Positions 20,091 through 30,562 of a DNA stretch of 64,000 nt are shown here, one piece after another. The notes beneath the pieces are model-generated. The model made no database searches. It had not been told where the DNA came from and worked only from the letters and a program-made list of their open reading frames with translations. The translations under genes were made by a program, and so were the position numbers. Numbering within the stretch: the first letter of the stretch is position 1; every line of letters starts with the position of its first letter. This stretch comes from Aulosira sp. ZfuVER01 (GTDB lineage: Bacteria > Cyanobacteriota > Cyanobacteriia > Cyanobacteriales > Nostocaceae): positions 1-64,000 of the forward strand of contig JAVRCV020000049.1 of NCBI GenBank assembly GCA_034530615.2, written 5' to 3'.

Positions 20091-21236
20091 TTAAGTACTA
20101 GCTGTCAATTCTAGGAGTGAGTTTTGAGTTTGAAGTACATCTTTGTAAAGTGCTAAATATTGTGAGGCTACTTTATAGGGCTGAAAATTTTCTTGAGCAT
20201 AAGACTTTCCTTGCTTTGACCAATACCATAGCAGATCGGGCTTTTGTAGAATCTCTGTCAGGTAATCTGCGGCTTCTTGCGGATTAGATGGCAATACGAG
20301 ACCAAGATTTTGCTCTCTAAATAAATCAGCAATATTAAGTGTATTGGCTACAGCACAGGGTAATCCAAGATGCATAGCATTGGCAATCGAAAGACCAAAT
20401 ACTTCACTACGAGAAGTTTGAATATAAAGACTGGCTTCAGAAAGTACCTGAGCTTTTTCAACGCCATAAACTGGAGGATGGAAGTAAATATTTGCCGGAG
20501 GTTTGAGGCAAAATTTTTTGAGATTTTTGGTAAATTTTTCATTGATTAGCCCATATAAATGGACTTCTATATCTTGTGGTAAGCAACAAGCAATTTCTAT
20601 CAGAATATCTATTCCTTTAGCTATAAAGTCAAAACGTCCTAAATAAACAAGCCTTTTTTTATCTAGATTACCTTTCCAAGGTTTTTCATTAGTTCCCGCA
20701 TCTACTGGATTTGTAATTAAACGCAATTCTCCAGAAAAGTTAGGTAATAAATCTCGTAGTAATTTTCCCTCTCTTGGCGTCATGAATGTTATCGCCGCAG
20801 CCTGAGCTAATCTTGGCTTTTCTAAAAATAAAAAATAAATATATTTTTTTAACCAATTTCTTTTAAGATGTGGAGGAAATAGCATAGCATGAGGAGTAAC
20901 AACATAGGGAATTTTTTTCTTCACTAGCTTTTTAGATAGTGAAGCTTGTTTAGGATTAAATATTGAATGTAGATGAACAATATCCGGTCGATTATCATCA
21001 AGCAATTTCCTCAAATATTCTTCCTCATAATCCCATTTACGTATGGGAATATGTATTAGCTTAATACCTAATTTTTCGGCAATAGAGATGACAGCTTGCT
21101 TTGGTGCCTCCTCAACTAAAAGCATAACCTGATATCCTAAGCTAGATTGTATCTTAGCTACAGACCAAATAACATTATTCACACCAGAAACTGCTTCAGG
21201 AGAAGCTTCTGCTCCTATATGCAAAATTTTTGTCAT
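20091..21236 (-). CDS. GT4 family glycosyltransferase
   Basis: PDIVHLHS, TPH, YLGRFD..KGID, SRSEVFGLSIANAM. Confidence 0.9.
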   Translation of the reverse strand: MTKILHIGAEASPEAVSGVNNVIWSVAKIQSSLGYQVMLLVEEAPKQAVISIAEKLGIKLIHIPIRKWDYEEEYLRKLLDDNRPDIVHLHSIFNPKQASLSKKLVKKKIPYVVTPHAMLFPPHLKRNWLKKYIYFLFLEKPRLAQAAAITFMTPREGKLLRDLLPNFSGELRLITNPVDAGTNEKPWKGNLDKKRLVYLGRFDFIAKGIDILIEIACCLPQDIEVHLYGLINEKFTKNLKKFCLKPPANIYFHPPVYGVEKAQVLSEASLYIQTSRSEVFGLSIANAMHLGLPCAVANTLNIADLFREQNLGLVLPSNPQEAADYLTEILQKPDLLWYWSKQGKSYAQENFQPYKVASQYLALYKDVLQTQNSLLELTAST

Positions 21237-22390
21237 GATTTTTACTCAATAATTATGACTAAGAAATTGACAGAAGTTTGACTTTATTTAGATTCCAGCT
21301 TAATTTCTGTTTGAGATGTTATAAGACACAATCACGAGCTACCCTACAAGATAAATTTCTCTGGACTTTATACCAGTGTTAACTTCAATATTTGGCTTGG
21401 ACAATTCCAACTAGCTAAAGGTGCAAATGACACCTAAAAAATTGTGTTATTTTTACTTAATTTGGTTTTCAAATCAAGCGCTCAATATCACGAGAATGTA
21501 GGATAAATTCTGCAATGAATTTATTTCAATACATGATGATTTTATCTTTACAAAAACTAACCAATTTTTTAGCTAGCTTCAGATTGTGAGAGAACTTATT
21601 GATGACTGTTTAATGTCAACTCTAAGTATTTTCTACTATTGATATGTGCTTGAATTTGTAAATTTTTCTTAGCAGAAAAAGGTATTGGTACAATAATGCA
21701 ATTAACTTTCTAACTCTTTGCCAGTCCTAATCATGTACAGCCAGAGTATTTTGATTCCGTCAGTTAAAATTATGTGATTATCCAAATTCCATTTGGCTGT
21801 AGATGAGTAAGTAGTGGCACTTATAGCCTAACCTACTGATCTAGACAACATAGGTTTTATTCGTCTTTCCAAATCTTTGTGAATTAGCGTTCGCCTACTA
21901 CTGTCCTTTCACTGCTGCAACTCTTGTCTACCTTGTTTAAACCTGAAATCCTCATAGATACAGCCAATTGAAATCACAATGGTAGAAATGCACAAATCAA
22001 GATAACTAGAACCTAACTTTTTGACAAAAAGTTGTTGATATTAAGTTCAAGCGTTGCTTTTAGTCGTTTTAGGATGTATGACTTCGCCCCTATGAGAATT
22101 TTTATTTCCAAAATCCCACGGTATATATATAAAATGAAGAAATTCTGAGGATTGAATCAAAGTTTATTTATAAAAACTTGCTAATCTTGCAATTTAGTCT
22201 ATGATTAGTGAAATTTGATTACAAAAATTCGGCGCTAGATTGTCTACTCTTTTTAGGTGTGAGATGAGCTGAAGTAAGCATCGCGCCTCTTTCAAGGCTC
22301 ATACCATTTGCTACAAGCAAACCTTGCCTAAGAATTCGTAGTATGTGTTTCAGTACATAAAAATCAGGGAGTAAAGTCCTGACTACGAAA

Positions 22391-23122
22391 TTATTCTGGT
22401 TTACGTGCAATGAACGCTGTATGAGCTTTTGGCAAAGAATATCCATCATAACTATCCATCGTCTGAACGTCAAAACCAACTTGGTGGAGTTGATTGACAA
22501 TATCTGCCGCTTTGTATAACTGCTGGTAATGGACTTCGTCATCCCGTCTGTAGTGTTCTCCAATTTTGCGAAAGCTGATAATCCGCCGGGTTAAAATGTT
22601 TTTCTCCTGATTTTCCTCTTTTTCAACGAGTACTACCCAATCTTTGCCTTCAGTAAATCCTTTAGTTATTCCTGGTGTTACCTGCCCTGGTTCTGCAATG
22701 TCGAAGATGAAGACACCCCCAGGAGTTAAGCTGCTATATATGCGTTGAAAGAGATTAATGAGAGTTTGGCGATCGCTCTTTCGATCGAACATATAGTTAA
22801 GACATTCACCAATTGATGTCACAGCATGACACTGCGGAATCTCAACCTGAAACAGCGAGCCGATGCGAAACTCAGCATTGGGTACTCTGGCGCGGGCGAT
22901 CGCAATCATCGACTCAGAGATATCCACTCCCAAAACATCATAACTAGCTTTTGTAAACTCTTGCGCCGATAAACCGCTGCCACAACCTAAGTCTACTATC
23001 AGTCCTTCTCGGATGTTGTGTCGAGCCAGAATTTTTAATATGCCAGGAGCAGACTTGAGAGCATAATCGTGAAAACCGACATCATGAATAAAAGCGAGGT
23101 CTTCTTTGTAGTACTCTTGCAT
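22391..23122 (-). CDS. Class I SAM-dependent methyltransferase
   Basis: VDLGCGSG, GVDISESM, LTPGGVFIFD. Confidence 0.9.
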   Translation of the reverse strand: MQEYYKEDLAFIHDVGFHDYALKSAPGILKILARHNIREGLIVDLGCGSGLSAQEFTKASYDVLGVDISESMIAIARARVPNAEFRIGSLFQVEIPQCHAVTSIGECLNYMFDRKSDRQTLINLFQRIYSSLTPGGVFIFDIAEPGQVTPGITKGFTEGKDWVVLVEKEENQEKNILTRRIISFRKIGEHYRRDDEVHYQQLYKAADIVNQLHQVGFDVQTMDSYDGYSLPKAHTAFIARKPE

Positions 23123-23237
23123 AATTTTAAGATGGCACTTTGTTTACAGCTCATTTATAACGTAGGGTGTTTAATAGGTTTGACTGTTATCTGTGGACGA
23201 CTTTACCCACGGGTAGCGATGTAATCAGGAGAAAAAA

Positions 23238-23702
23238 ATGCCCAAGCTCGGAAAACCCACTGAAGAATGTGCCGCGAGAGTAATGGAAACAGTTCCTTTA
23301 CTGATGCGGTTTATCCGAGCAGATATGCGCAGTCACAATGCTGAATCTCTATCCATACCTCAGTTGCGATCGCTAGCATTTCTCAACCGCAATCCCGGTG
23401 CATCATTATCTGCGGTAGCAGAGCATTTAGGTGTCACTTGTGCTACAGCATCAACAACAATAGAACGGTTAGTACAACGCAGTCTGGTGCAACGTACCGA
23501 TCATCCTCAAGAACGGCGGCGAATTGTTCTCAATTTAACTGAAGAAGGAAAGCTGCTGTTAAAGCAATCCCAAGATAAAACTCGCACTCACATTGCCGAT
23601 ATTCTAGAGAGTCTCACACCAGAAGAAGTATCACATGTTGAAGAAGGCTTGGCTCTACTAAAAAATGTCTTTGAGCGAACAGAAGTTAAAAAAGCTCCTT
23701 GA
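23238..23702 (+). CDS. MarR family transcriptional regulator
   Basis: Winged HTH LSAVAEHLGVTCATASTTIERLV, then ERRR..LTEEG. Confidence 0.92.
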   Translation: MPKLGKPTEECAARVMETVPLLMRFIRADMRSHNAESLSIPQLRSLAFLNRNPGASLSAVAEHLGVTCATASTTIERLVQRSLVQRTDHPQERRRIVLNLTEEGKLLLKQSQDKTRTHIADILESLTPEEVSHVEEGLALLKNVFERTEVKKAP

Positions 23703-23860
23703 GGCTGATAGGTTATGACTCAGGCTGAAATGAACGAGAAGCTTTGTATCTGAAATAGCTCACGAATCAGCACATAATGTCTCTGCCTCTGTTACATTTG
23801 GATGCTGATAGTCTGAAATTCTTGATTATTCAGTACACTTAAATCTGGATCAAGAATTAT

Positions 23861-24613
23861 ATGGATATTCCGGCTTCTATTCACAGCATTATTCAGCAAC
23901 AGCCTTACCGACTTTTATTTACCAGTATTAGTGGTTCTCATTTATATGGCTTTCCGTCTATCGATTCTGATTATGACTTGCGTGGTGTACATATTTTGCC
24001 ACTAGCAGAAGTAGTTGGCTTAAATACTGGATCTGAAACTATTGAAATATCAGAAATACGCAACTCTATACAAATTGATTTAGTAACTCATGATATTAAA
24101 AAGTTCTTCTTACTACTTCTCAAAAAGAATGGCTATGTTTTAGAGCAGTTATATTCACCTTTGGTATTAAATAAATTACCAGAGTATGAAGAGTTAAAAG
24201 TTATTGCTAAAGATTGCATTACTCGTCATCACAGTTACCATTATTTGGGGTTTGCAGCAACTCAATGGAAACTTTTGGAAAAAGAGCAGCCACATCGAGT
24301 TAAACCATTACTTTATGTATATCGCGTGCTGTTAACTGGGATTTATTTAATGCAAACAGGGATAGTTGAAGCGAATTTAATCAAGCTCAATGAAGTGTTC
24401 AATCTTCCCTACATTCCTGATTTGATTTCCCAAAAGCTAGCAGGTGGGGAACATTCTTATTTATCAGATGTTGATTTAGCTTTTCATCAGAAAGAATATC
24501 AGCAATTGCGCGATCGCTTGCAGGATGCTTGCGCAGCTAGCCAACTACCTGAAGTACCTACGGCGAAGGCGGCTTTACACGATTTATTGTTACGCCTAAG
24601 AATTAGGAGTTAG
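23861..24613 (+). CDS. Pol-beta superfamily nucleotidyltransferase (YcgL/RlaP-like)
   Basis: SGSHLYGFPSIDSDYDLRG, HYLGFA, KPLLYVYR. Confidence 0.85.
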   Translation: MDIPASIHSIIQQQPYRLLFTSISGSHLYGFPSIDSDYDLRGVHILPLAEVVGLNTGSETIEISEIRNSIQIDLVTHDIKKFFLLLLKKNGYVLEQLYSPLVLNKLPEYEELKVIAKDCITRHHSYHYLGFAATQWKLLEKEQPHRVKPLLYVYRVLLTGIYLMQTGIVEANLIKLNEVFNLPYIPDLISQKLAGGEHSYLSDVDLAFHQKEYQQLRDRLQDACAASQLPEVPTAKAALHDLLLRLRIRS

Positions 24614-24649
24614 AAATGGCTAACTTTTCATCTCTAACTCCTAACTCTT

Positions 24650-25030
24650 TTAAAATTTTAAACTCCAAGCGGCAAAGGCTAAAGCACCCCAACCAGCTAG
24701 AAAGGCTGCACCTCCCAATGGTGCGATCGCTCCCAAAGATTTAACACCAGTTAAGCTAAGGGCGTACAAACTCCCTGAAAAAATAGCAATACCAATAATA
24801 AATAGCCAACCACTTGCTATTAGGGTAGATGGGGGTGAATCGGTACGACTAAGCAGTAGTGCTACTACTAAAAGCGCTAGAGCGTGGTACATTTGGTAAC
24901 GAGCGCCAGTCTCAAAAATTTCTAGCGATCTCTCAGTTATTCTTTCCCGTAAAGCATGGGAAGCAAAAGCACCAGCGGCAACAGATAAACCGCCTAAAAC
25001 AGCTGCTATGCTTAAAAAAAGCTGCGTCAT
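24650..25030 (-). CDS. DUF423 (YgdD/TMEM256) membrane protein
   Basis: GAFASHAL, YQMYHAL, FSGSLY, APLGG. Confidence 0.92.
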   Translation of the reverse strand: MTQLFLSIAAVLGGLSVAAGAFASHALRERITERSLEIFETGARYQMYHALALLVVALLLSRTDSPPSTLIASGWLFIIGIAIFSGSLYALSLTGVKSLGAIAPLGGAAFLAGWGALAFAAWSLKF

Positions 25031-25097
25031 GAGACCTAGCCTAAATGGGTGTAAAATTTAGCGGGTTAGAAGTATTAATCGCTAATTGAGATTTAAG

Positions 25098-25589
25098 TTA
25101 AACCTCAAAGTGATATGATATAGCGCCGTCTTCGCTCACCTTAAAATTGGCATTGAATTCTTTAGCTTTTTCATCTAAATATTGTCTGGCAGCGATTGCA
25201 GGTAGTTCAGACTTAATTGCAAAGCCGACAAGAGTCATTCTCCCTTTATTTTCTTGTAGCATTTGATAAAAAATTGATTGCAGGCGATCGTTCATTTGTT
25301 GATTTATTGCTTTTTTCTCTTGCCTGCTTTGTTGATACAATCCTAAACTTAGCCATCCCCCTAAAATTAAAGTCGGAACGCCAAAAATTAGACTTTGCCT
25401 AGCAGTAGCATCAAGAAAATTAAGAGCATCTTTATTGGGAAAATCTTGTGCAGATTCTTCATCCTCTATTGGGGATTGGATGGGTTTCAAGATATTATGT
25501 TTCTCAATTCCTGCTGAGACTGATAGCGTTAAAAACATGAATCCGAGTGTGAGTAGCCAACCTGCGGCTAATTTTTCAGCAGTCTTCAT
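25098..25589 (-). CDS. Conserved cyanobacterial membrane protein
   Basis: Two hydrophobic segments; C-terminal YLDEKAKEFNANF..GAISYHF. Confidence 0.7.
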   Translation of the reverse strand: MKTAEKLAAGWLLTLGFMFLTLSVSAGIEKHNILKPIQSPIEDEESAQDFPNKDALNFLDATARQSLIFGVPTLILGGWLSLGLYQQSRQEKKAINQQMNDRLQSIFYQMLQENKGRMTLVGFAIKSELPAIAARQYLDEKAKEFNANFKVSEDGAISYHFEV

Positions 25590-25804
25590 AGTTCCATCTC
25601 AGATTTGAACCTTGTTTGCGATTCTAACCTTACTTTGGCTGAGGTTTCATCAATTGCAAAAATCTAGCGATAATTTTGTTAAGAAAGTATAAAATTTTGG
25701 TGAGGATGGATGAGGGACAAGGAGGACAGGAGGACAAGGGAGAGATGATAAATGACAAATGAATATTGCCTGTTGCCTTATTTCCCATGCCCCATGCCCA
25801 TTTT

Positions 25805-26491
25805 TCAACTACGTGTAGCTTCCAGCAGGCGGGAAAAGTAGAAGCGAGTTTTAGTTAGCGCTTTTCGTTGAATGGCGAAACCGTTGCTTTCGAGAATTTT
25901 GATGACATCTGCTTCGCGGTGTAGATAAGCGCGAGTTGTCTTACTTGGCCCGGGAAAGAAACTACCAATCTTCTTGAGTATAGTTAAAGCGCAGGTTTTG
26001 GGTGCAAAACTGAGAATGATTCGTGACTGTGCTAATGAACACAGGTGAGAAATCATTTCGTCTGCTTTTTCTTGGGGATAGTGAATGAGAACATCCAAGC
26101 AAATTACAGTGTGGTAGCTACCATTTAAAGATTCTAAATCTTGCACTGCAAAAGTGGGATTTTCAGCGTTTCCTAGGGTTTGTAAGGCTCTTTCTTTGCC
26201 CTCTGTCACCATTTTTTCGGAAATATCGCTGGCATAGACTTTAGCACCTTCTGTCGCCAAAGGAATGCTGAGACTACCTACACCACACCCAGCATCGCAG
26301 ATTGACAAGGTGGCTAAATTGTTATCAGCTTTTAACCAGCCGATTACTGTATCCACAGTTTGTTGATGTCCATTGCGGATGTCTAGCTGGACTTTGTTAA
26401 CTTCACCATCGCCGTAAATCCGCTTCCATCGGTCAAACCCTGTGGAATTAAAATACTCACGAACAATCGTTTTATCGTCGGCTGCGTTCAT
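25805..26491 (-). CDS. chlM: Mg-protoporphyrin IX methyltransferase
   Basis: YFNSTGFDRWKRIYG..VNKVQLDIRNGHQQT, CDAGCGVG, CLDVLIHYP, FAPKT. Confidence 0.96.
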   Translation of the reverse strand: MNAADDKTIVREYFNSTGFDRWKRIYGDGEVNKVQLDIRNGHQQTVDTVIGWLKADNNLATLSICDAGCGVGSLSIPLATEGAKVYASDISEKMVTEGKERALQTLGNAENPTFAVQDLESLNGSYHTVICLDVLIHYPQEKADEMISHLCSLAQSRIILSFAPKTCALTILKKIGSFFPGPSKTTRAYLHREADVIKILESNGFAIQRKALTKTRFYFSRLLEATRS

Positions 26492-27023
26492 AAAGTTTGA
26501 TTTCTAAGGGTTCCCAATGCTTACAAATTATCATTGATGGGAACCACAAAGTACGCTCGTTTTTACAGATTTTTCGTAATGTGTCTGATTCCAAGGCTAA
26601 AATGCGATCGCTTATTCTTGACTAAGGATACAAGAAGAGCCACTGCGATTAGTGCAGCTATCAGTAGCATAGCTGAGAAATCATAGCAAAAGCCATGTCT
26701 CACCGCATTTCCCAAAACGGTATGTGTTTAGTGAGAGTAAAGTTCCCTCAGCAACGCTAATTCCTCTTTTTTCTTAGCCGTTTGCACAGACAGTAAAAGC
26801 ACCCAATTTTCCCTCAGGAGAAATGAGTGCTAATAAATAACAACATTACAAAAATCATCCATCTGCCTTGATAGACCGAAGTAGCTATAACAGTAACAAA
26901 CATTCAGTAAATAAACTGCAAGCGAAGTTACAAATGTTTTGTCAATAATGCTACTTCTTGTAATATACAAGGTTTGTTTTAGCCGACAATAGTGATTTGA
27001 TTTTCGGCTGCGATATCTCAATT

Positions 27024-28664
27024 TTAAATGCGGACACCAGTCTGAGAAGCATCAGGATAAACTCGCCATTCGTAAATCTTATCGCCATCAAAACGATAGA
27101 TATCAACGCAAGGCACTTGAACGAATCGTTTGTCCAGTTTATGAATATAATTAGCATCCATTTCTAAAATAATGGTATTGCCAATTTCCCACATTCCTCG
27201 TGTATTGTGAGTGGTAAGTTTGAGAGTTTTATAGATATGAGTTAACAAATCTCGACAGGCTTCTGCCCCAATTACCGGGTCGTTTGCACCAATTTTGTAA
27301 AGTAAATTGGGAGAAAAGAATGTGACAAACTCATCCCAATTTTCAGCGTGTAAAGCTTCATACATTTTCTCCAGTTTTTTTGTCAATGAACCGTCAGAAG
27401 CAGCAGCTTTAGGTTGTGGTTTATCATTATCAAAGACGAATACCGGATCAATATTCATATAAATTCGTAGTTCCTGTACTTTATCGCCTTTGAAGACAAT
27501 TGTGTCGCAGCAAGGAAGAGTAAACACTTTACCGTCATGGCGAATGTAAGTAACATCCATTTCACAGATAACTGTGTCTCCTACTTCCCACATATTCTTA
27601 ATGTGGTGATAAACCTTAGCAACTGTTGCTAGGAAATCAACAGAAGATTCTCTAATACCTTGCGGGCCATAAACAACTGGAAAGTTGCTGAATTGATACA
27701 GTGCGTCTTCGGTGTAGAACTTGACAAAATTTTCCACATTCATCGATTCGCCTGCTTGAAACATCTGCCGGACAATTTCATATTTTGTACTCACAGATGT
27801 TTGTGGATATGTCAATGTCATTGTATTGCTCTCGCGATCGTTTCTGCTTTCAATGAGATTTTGCCTTTCCAAGTAAGCATTAACAGGAGTAGTGTATGTA
27901 GAGTATGCTCTTTGAACATTTGATTCTAGCTTTTGGGAATTTAAAAACCAGTAATTTGTCCCATTAGCTTGGTTATATTCCGCTTCTGCTCTAGTAAAGT
28001 TTTCTTTAGCTTTGTGAGTAACTTGATTGAACTCCAGCTGTTCGCCGTTTGGCCCTTTGCAATACAATAGTGCCCACCCGTCAAAATCGCCACTAAAATC
28101 TGTCTTGGCAAATTTAGGGGCAAGTTTTCTGATTTCTTCTGGCGAATTTGCTCGAATAATGCGGTTAACAACTACTTCAGTCAAACCCCGTCTTTGACAT
28201 TCCTCTTCTAATTTTTTCGCAAAGACATCAATATCTACATCATCTTTCACATAGAAGGAAATGTGCGGTGCATTGGTATAACCAACGGAGGAAGGTATTT
28301 TTTCAAAAGCATTCGGTGCAGCAGATGTTAATTTAGCATCTCGGAAATGAATAATTTCAACTACTGTGTTGCCAAAAGAAATGAATCTGACATCTAAAGC
28401 CATGTCTGTACCATCTCTAACGTTAGCAACGCCTACAGACTTTGGATCGATTCCTTTTTCAAGAGCCTCCACTTCCTCTTTTTGAAAGAGCAAATTGTGT
28501 AAAGATTCACCGTAAAATCCATCTCCACCAATAGCAACTTTACCTCCCAATACTTCAAGGTAAAATTCTAGAGATTTTGGCAGATCGTAAACTGTGAGTC
28601 CAAAGTGTTGTACACCTTGGAGATAATGTCCTAATCCCGATTTACCATTTTGATTGCTGTTCAT
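27024..28664 (-). CDS. VOC/glyoxalase domain fused to two SnoaL/NTF2-like domains
   Basis: QHFGLTV..FYLEVLG, HISF and KGPNGEQLE (VOC); two repeats of the FF/FY..NM/GMWE.G.T.I.EMD..Y..PC.D...F.GDK pattern. Confidence 0.75.
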   Translation of the reverse strand: MNSNQNGKSGLGHYLQGVQHFGLTVYDLPKSLEFYLEVLGGKVAIGGDGFYGESLHNLLFQKEEVEALEKGIDPKSVGVANVRDGTDMALDVRFISFGNTVVEIIHFRDAKLTSAAPNAFEKIPSSVGYTNAPHISFYVKDDVDIDVFAKKLEEECQRRGLTEVVVNRIIRANSPEEIRKLAPKFAKTDFSGDFDGWALLYCKGPNGEQLEFNQVTHKAKENFTRAEAEYNQANGTNYWFLNSQKLESNVQRAYSTYTTPVNAYLERQNLIESRNDRESNTMTLTYPQTSVSTKYEIVRQMFQAGESMNVENFVKFYTEDALYQFSNFPVVYGPQGIRESSVDFLATVAKVYHHIKNMWEVGDTVICEMDVTYIRHDGKVFTLPCCDTIVFKGDKVQELRIYMNIDPVFVFDNDKPQPKAAASDGSLTKKLEKMYEALHAENWDEFVTFFSPNLLYKIGANDPVIGAEACRDLLTHIYKTLKLTTHNTRGMWEIGNTIILEMDANYIHKLDKRFVQVPCVDIYRFDGDKIYEWRVYPDASQTGVRI

Positions 28665-28713
28665 GAGAGTAACTATCCGTTTCTGAAGTTCATGTTCTAG
28701 GATTTCTTTGTTT

Positions 28714-28759
28714 GTAGTTGCGCTTTAGCGCTGCGTCTATAGCGCTAAAGTGCAACTAC
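28714..28759. repeat. GTAG-type REP-like palindrome
   Basis: GTAGTTGCGCTTTAGCGCT..AGCGCTAAAGTGCAACTAC. Confidence 0.7.
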
Positions 28760-28837
28760 GAGCTAAATCCAAAGATTTTACTTTTCGTCATTTGTTTGAG
28801 ACCGATATTCAAATGTGTTGAAAAAGAATGTATTTAA

Positions 28838-30103
28838 TCAATTAATGGCAGCAACTCTACAGCGATTAAGTTGTTGTATTGCTGCTTGCTGAAGTTGCAT
28901 AGCTTCGGCTGGTGAAGTTTCTGGATCTAAATAGGTACAGGTGAAAAACATTTGGTTTTCTACAGTAGCAACTCCGATAAAACGCTCATTTTTGAGGTGT
29001 GTCACCACAGCAGGCCCGTAAATTGCCTGTAGTCGGATGTTGCCATACTCTTGAGGAATATTTAAACGCCCAAGATTAGAAACCAAAACTTCATGAGTAT
29101 AAGCATCATCAAAGGCTTGCTTAACTTGAGCAGGACTAGGATTCGTCTGCAAGAAAGCTTGACTGGCGATAATTCTTTCAGCTACTTGATCTAGCGTGAT
29201 TTGTGGATGAAGTTGAGATTTGAGCGATCGCGCAATATCCCACAATGTTAAATCAGGGGTAATGTCATGTGTCGTCATTCCCACCGAAGCATAATAGCCA
29301 CAATCTTCGACAATCAAAGGCGCAAGGTGTTGGCGGATATCAATAGGAGATACACACTTAAGATTGGACTGTTGACCGCTTTCTTGAGCAACTGCTAACA
29401 GAAAAGCCGCACATATCGCAGCATGAACCGAAGTTTTCTCTTGACGACACCGAGAGATGAGCGAAGCAGTTTCTTCTGACGATAATGACCAAGTTAGTAA
29501 GCGAACAGTTTGATTTTCGGGTAATATCTCTGCCTTTATCCTCTGAGAATCGTTAACACGATCGCTATTTTCTAAACTTGGCAAAATGCCTATTTTTCCA
29601 GCCTTCTCCAGAATTAACTCTTCATAACCCGGACGCAAAGGTAAAATTTGCTGTTCGCTATCGGGTATACCAACAGCTTGCAAAATATCTCGTAGTAGGT
29701 AAACAGACGATAATCCATCTCCAATTGAATGTTGAGTAGTCACAATTATTTCTGAAACCTCAGGAGAATGAACAAGTACCACCCGCAATAGAGGCGCTTG
29801 ACTCCAATCAAAAGGTTGAGAAAGTTCTTGTTCAACTTCTCGTTGCCAATCTTGCTCTCCCAAACGCTGTACAACCCGCAAAGGAATTTTAGCTGCATCT
29901 TCTTTAAACCAAGGTTGTCCAGATGCATCAGTCACAATACAAACTCGTAATAATGGATGTCGTTGCTGAAGCTTAATAAGTGCCTTTTCTAATTGACTAA
30001 CACTAAATTCTCCAGTTATTTGTGCAGTGACGACAAAATGAAAAGGTGCTACCTGGTCATATAACCAAAAACTATGTTCTCCTGTACTTAGAGGGCGATG
30101 CAT
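28838..30103 (-). CDS. Stand-alone condensation-domain / PapA5-like CoA-dependent acyltransferase
   Basis: RHPLLR, QHSIGDG (HxxxDG), CRQEKTSVHAA, SNLGR. Confidence 0.85.
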   Translation of the reverse strand: MHRPLSTGEHSFWLYDQVAPFHFVVTAQITGEFSVSQLEKALIKLQQRHPLLRVCIVTDASGQPWFKEDAAKIPLRVVQRLGEQDWQREVEQELSQPFDWSQAPLLRVVLVHSPEVSEIIVTTQHSIGDGLSSVYLLRDILQAVGIPDSEQQILPLRPGYEELILEKAGKIGILPSLENSDRVNDSQRIKAEILPENQTVRLLTWSLSSEETASLISRCRQEKTSVHAAICAAFLLAVAQESGQQSNLKCVSPIDIRQHLAPLIVEDCGYYASVGMTTHDITPDLTLWDIARSLKSQLHPQITLDQVAERIIASQAFLQTNPSPAQVKQAFDDAYTHEVLVSNLGRLNIPQEYGNIRLQAIYGPAVVTHLKNERFIGVATVENQMFFTCTYLDPETSPAEAMQLQQAAIQQLNRCRVAAIN

Positions 30104-30562
30104 AAGTAAATAAACTCCATATATAAATTAAGTAATTATTAGGCTTAGTTAAATTTCTACCTGAGATGCTAATAAATAACTAGAGAATCTGTATTCAATA
30201 AAAGTATTAATTTAACTAGCCAACAAAGTTCATTTTCAAAGTAAATAACTCAATTCGATTTCATGACCAAATTTGGAATTAGCTTTTAATTAAGCATGAA
30301 TAATCTTGATATTTATAAATATATTTAGTTTGTATATGGGTGTCATTACAGTAATTGTCTGGAATTTACAAGATGAAAAAGTCAGTCAATGTCAGATATT
30401 TATTTGTAAAATTTAAAAACTTATAAAATAAGGCTTAAGCACTAATTTCACATTATTTTTTTAAACATTTAAATCTACCAGAACAGAATTTACCTCCTCG
30501 CAACTTTAAAAGTGTCTGGAAAAGTCAGGTATGATTACCAAGTAGGAGTCAGATGTAAAAAG

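Noticed and set aside
22219..22563. 114-aa minus-strand ORF
   Set aside because: Alternate-frame overlap with the methyltransferase; no motifs
23715..23753. 12-codon ORF after marR, possibly the stub of a deleted MarR-regulated gene
   Set aside because: Too short to support without a comparative alignment
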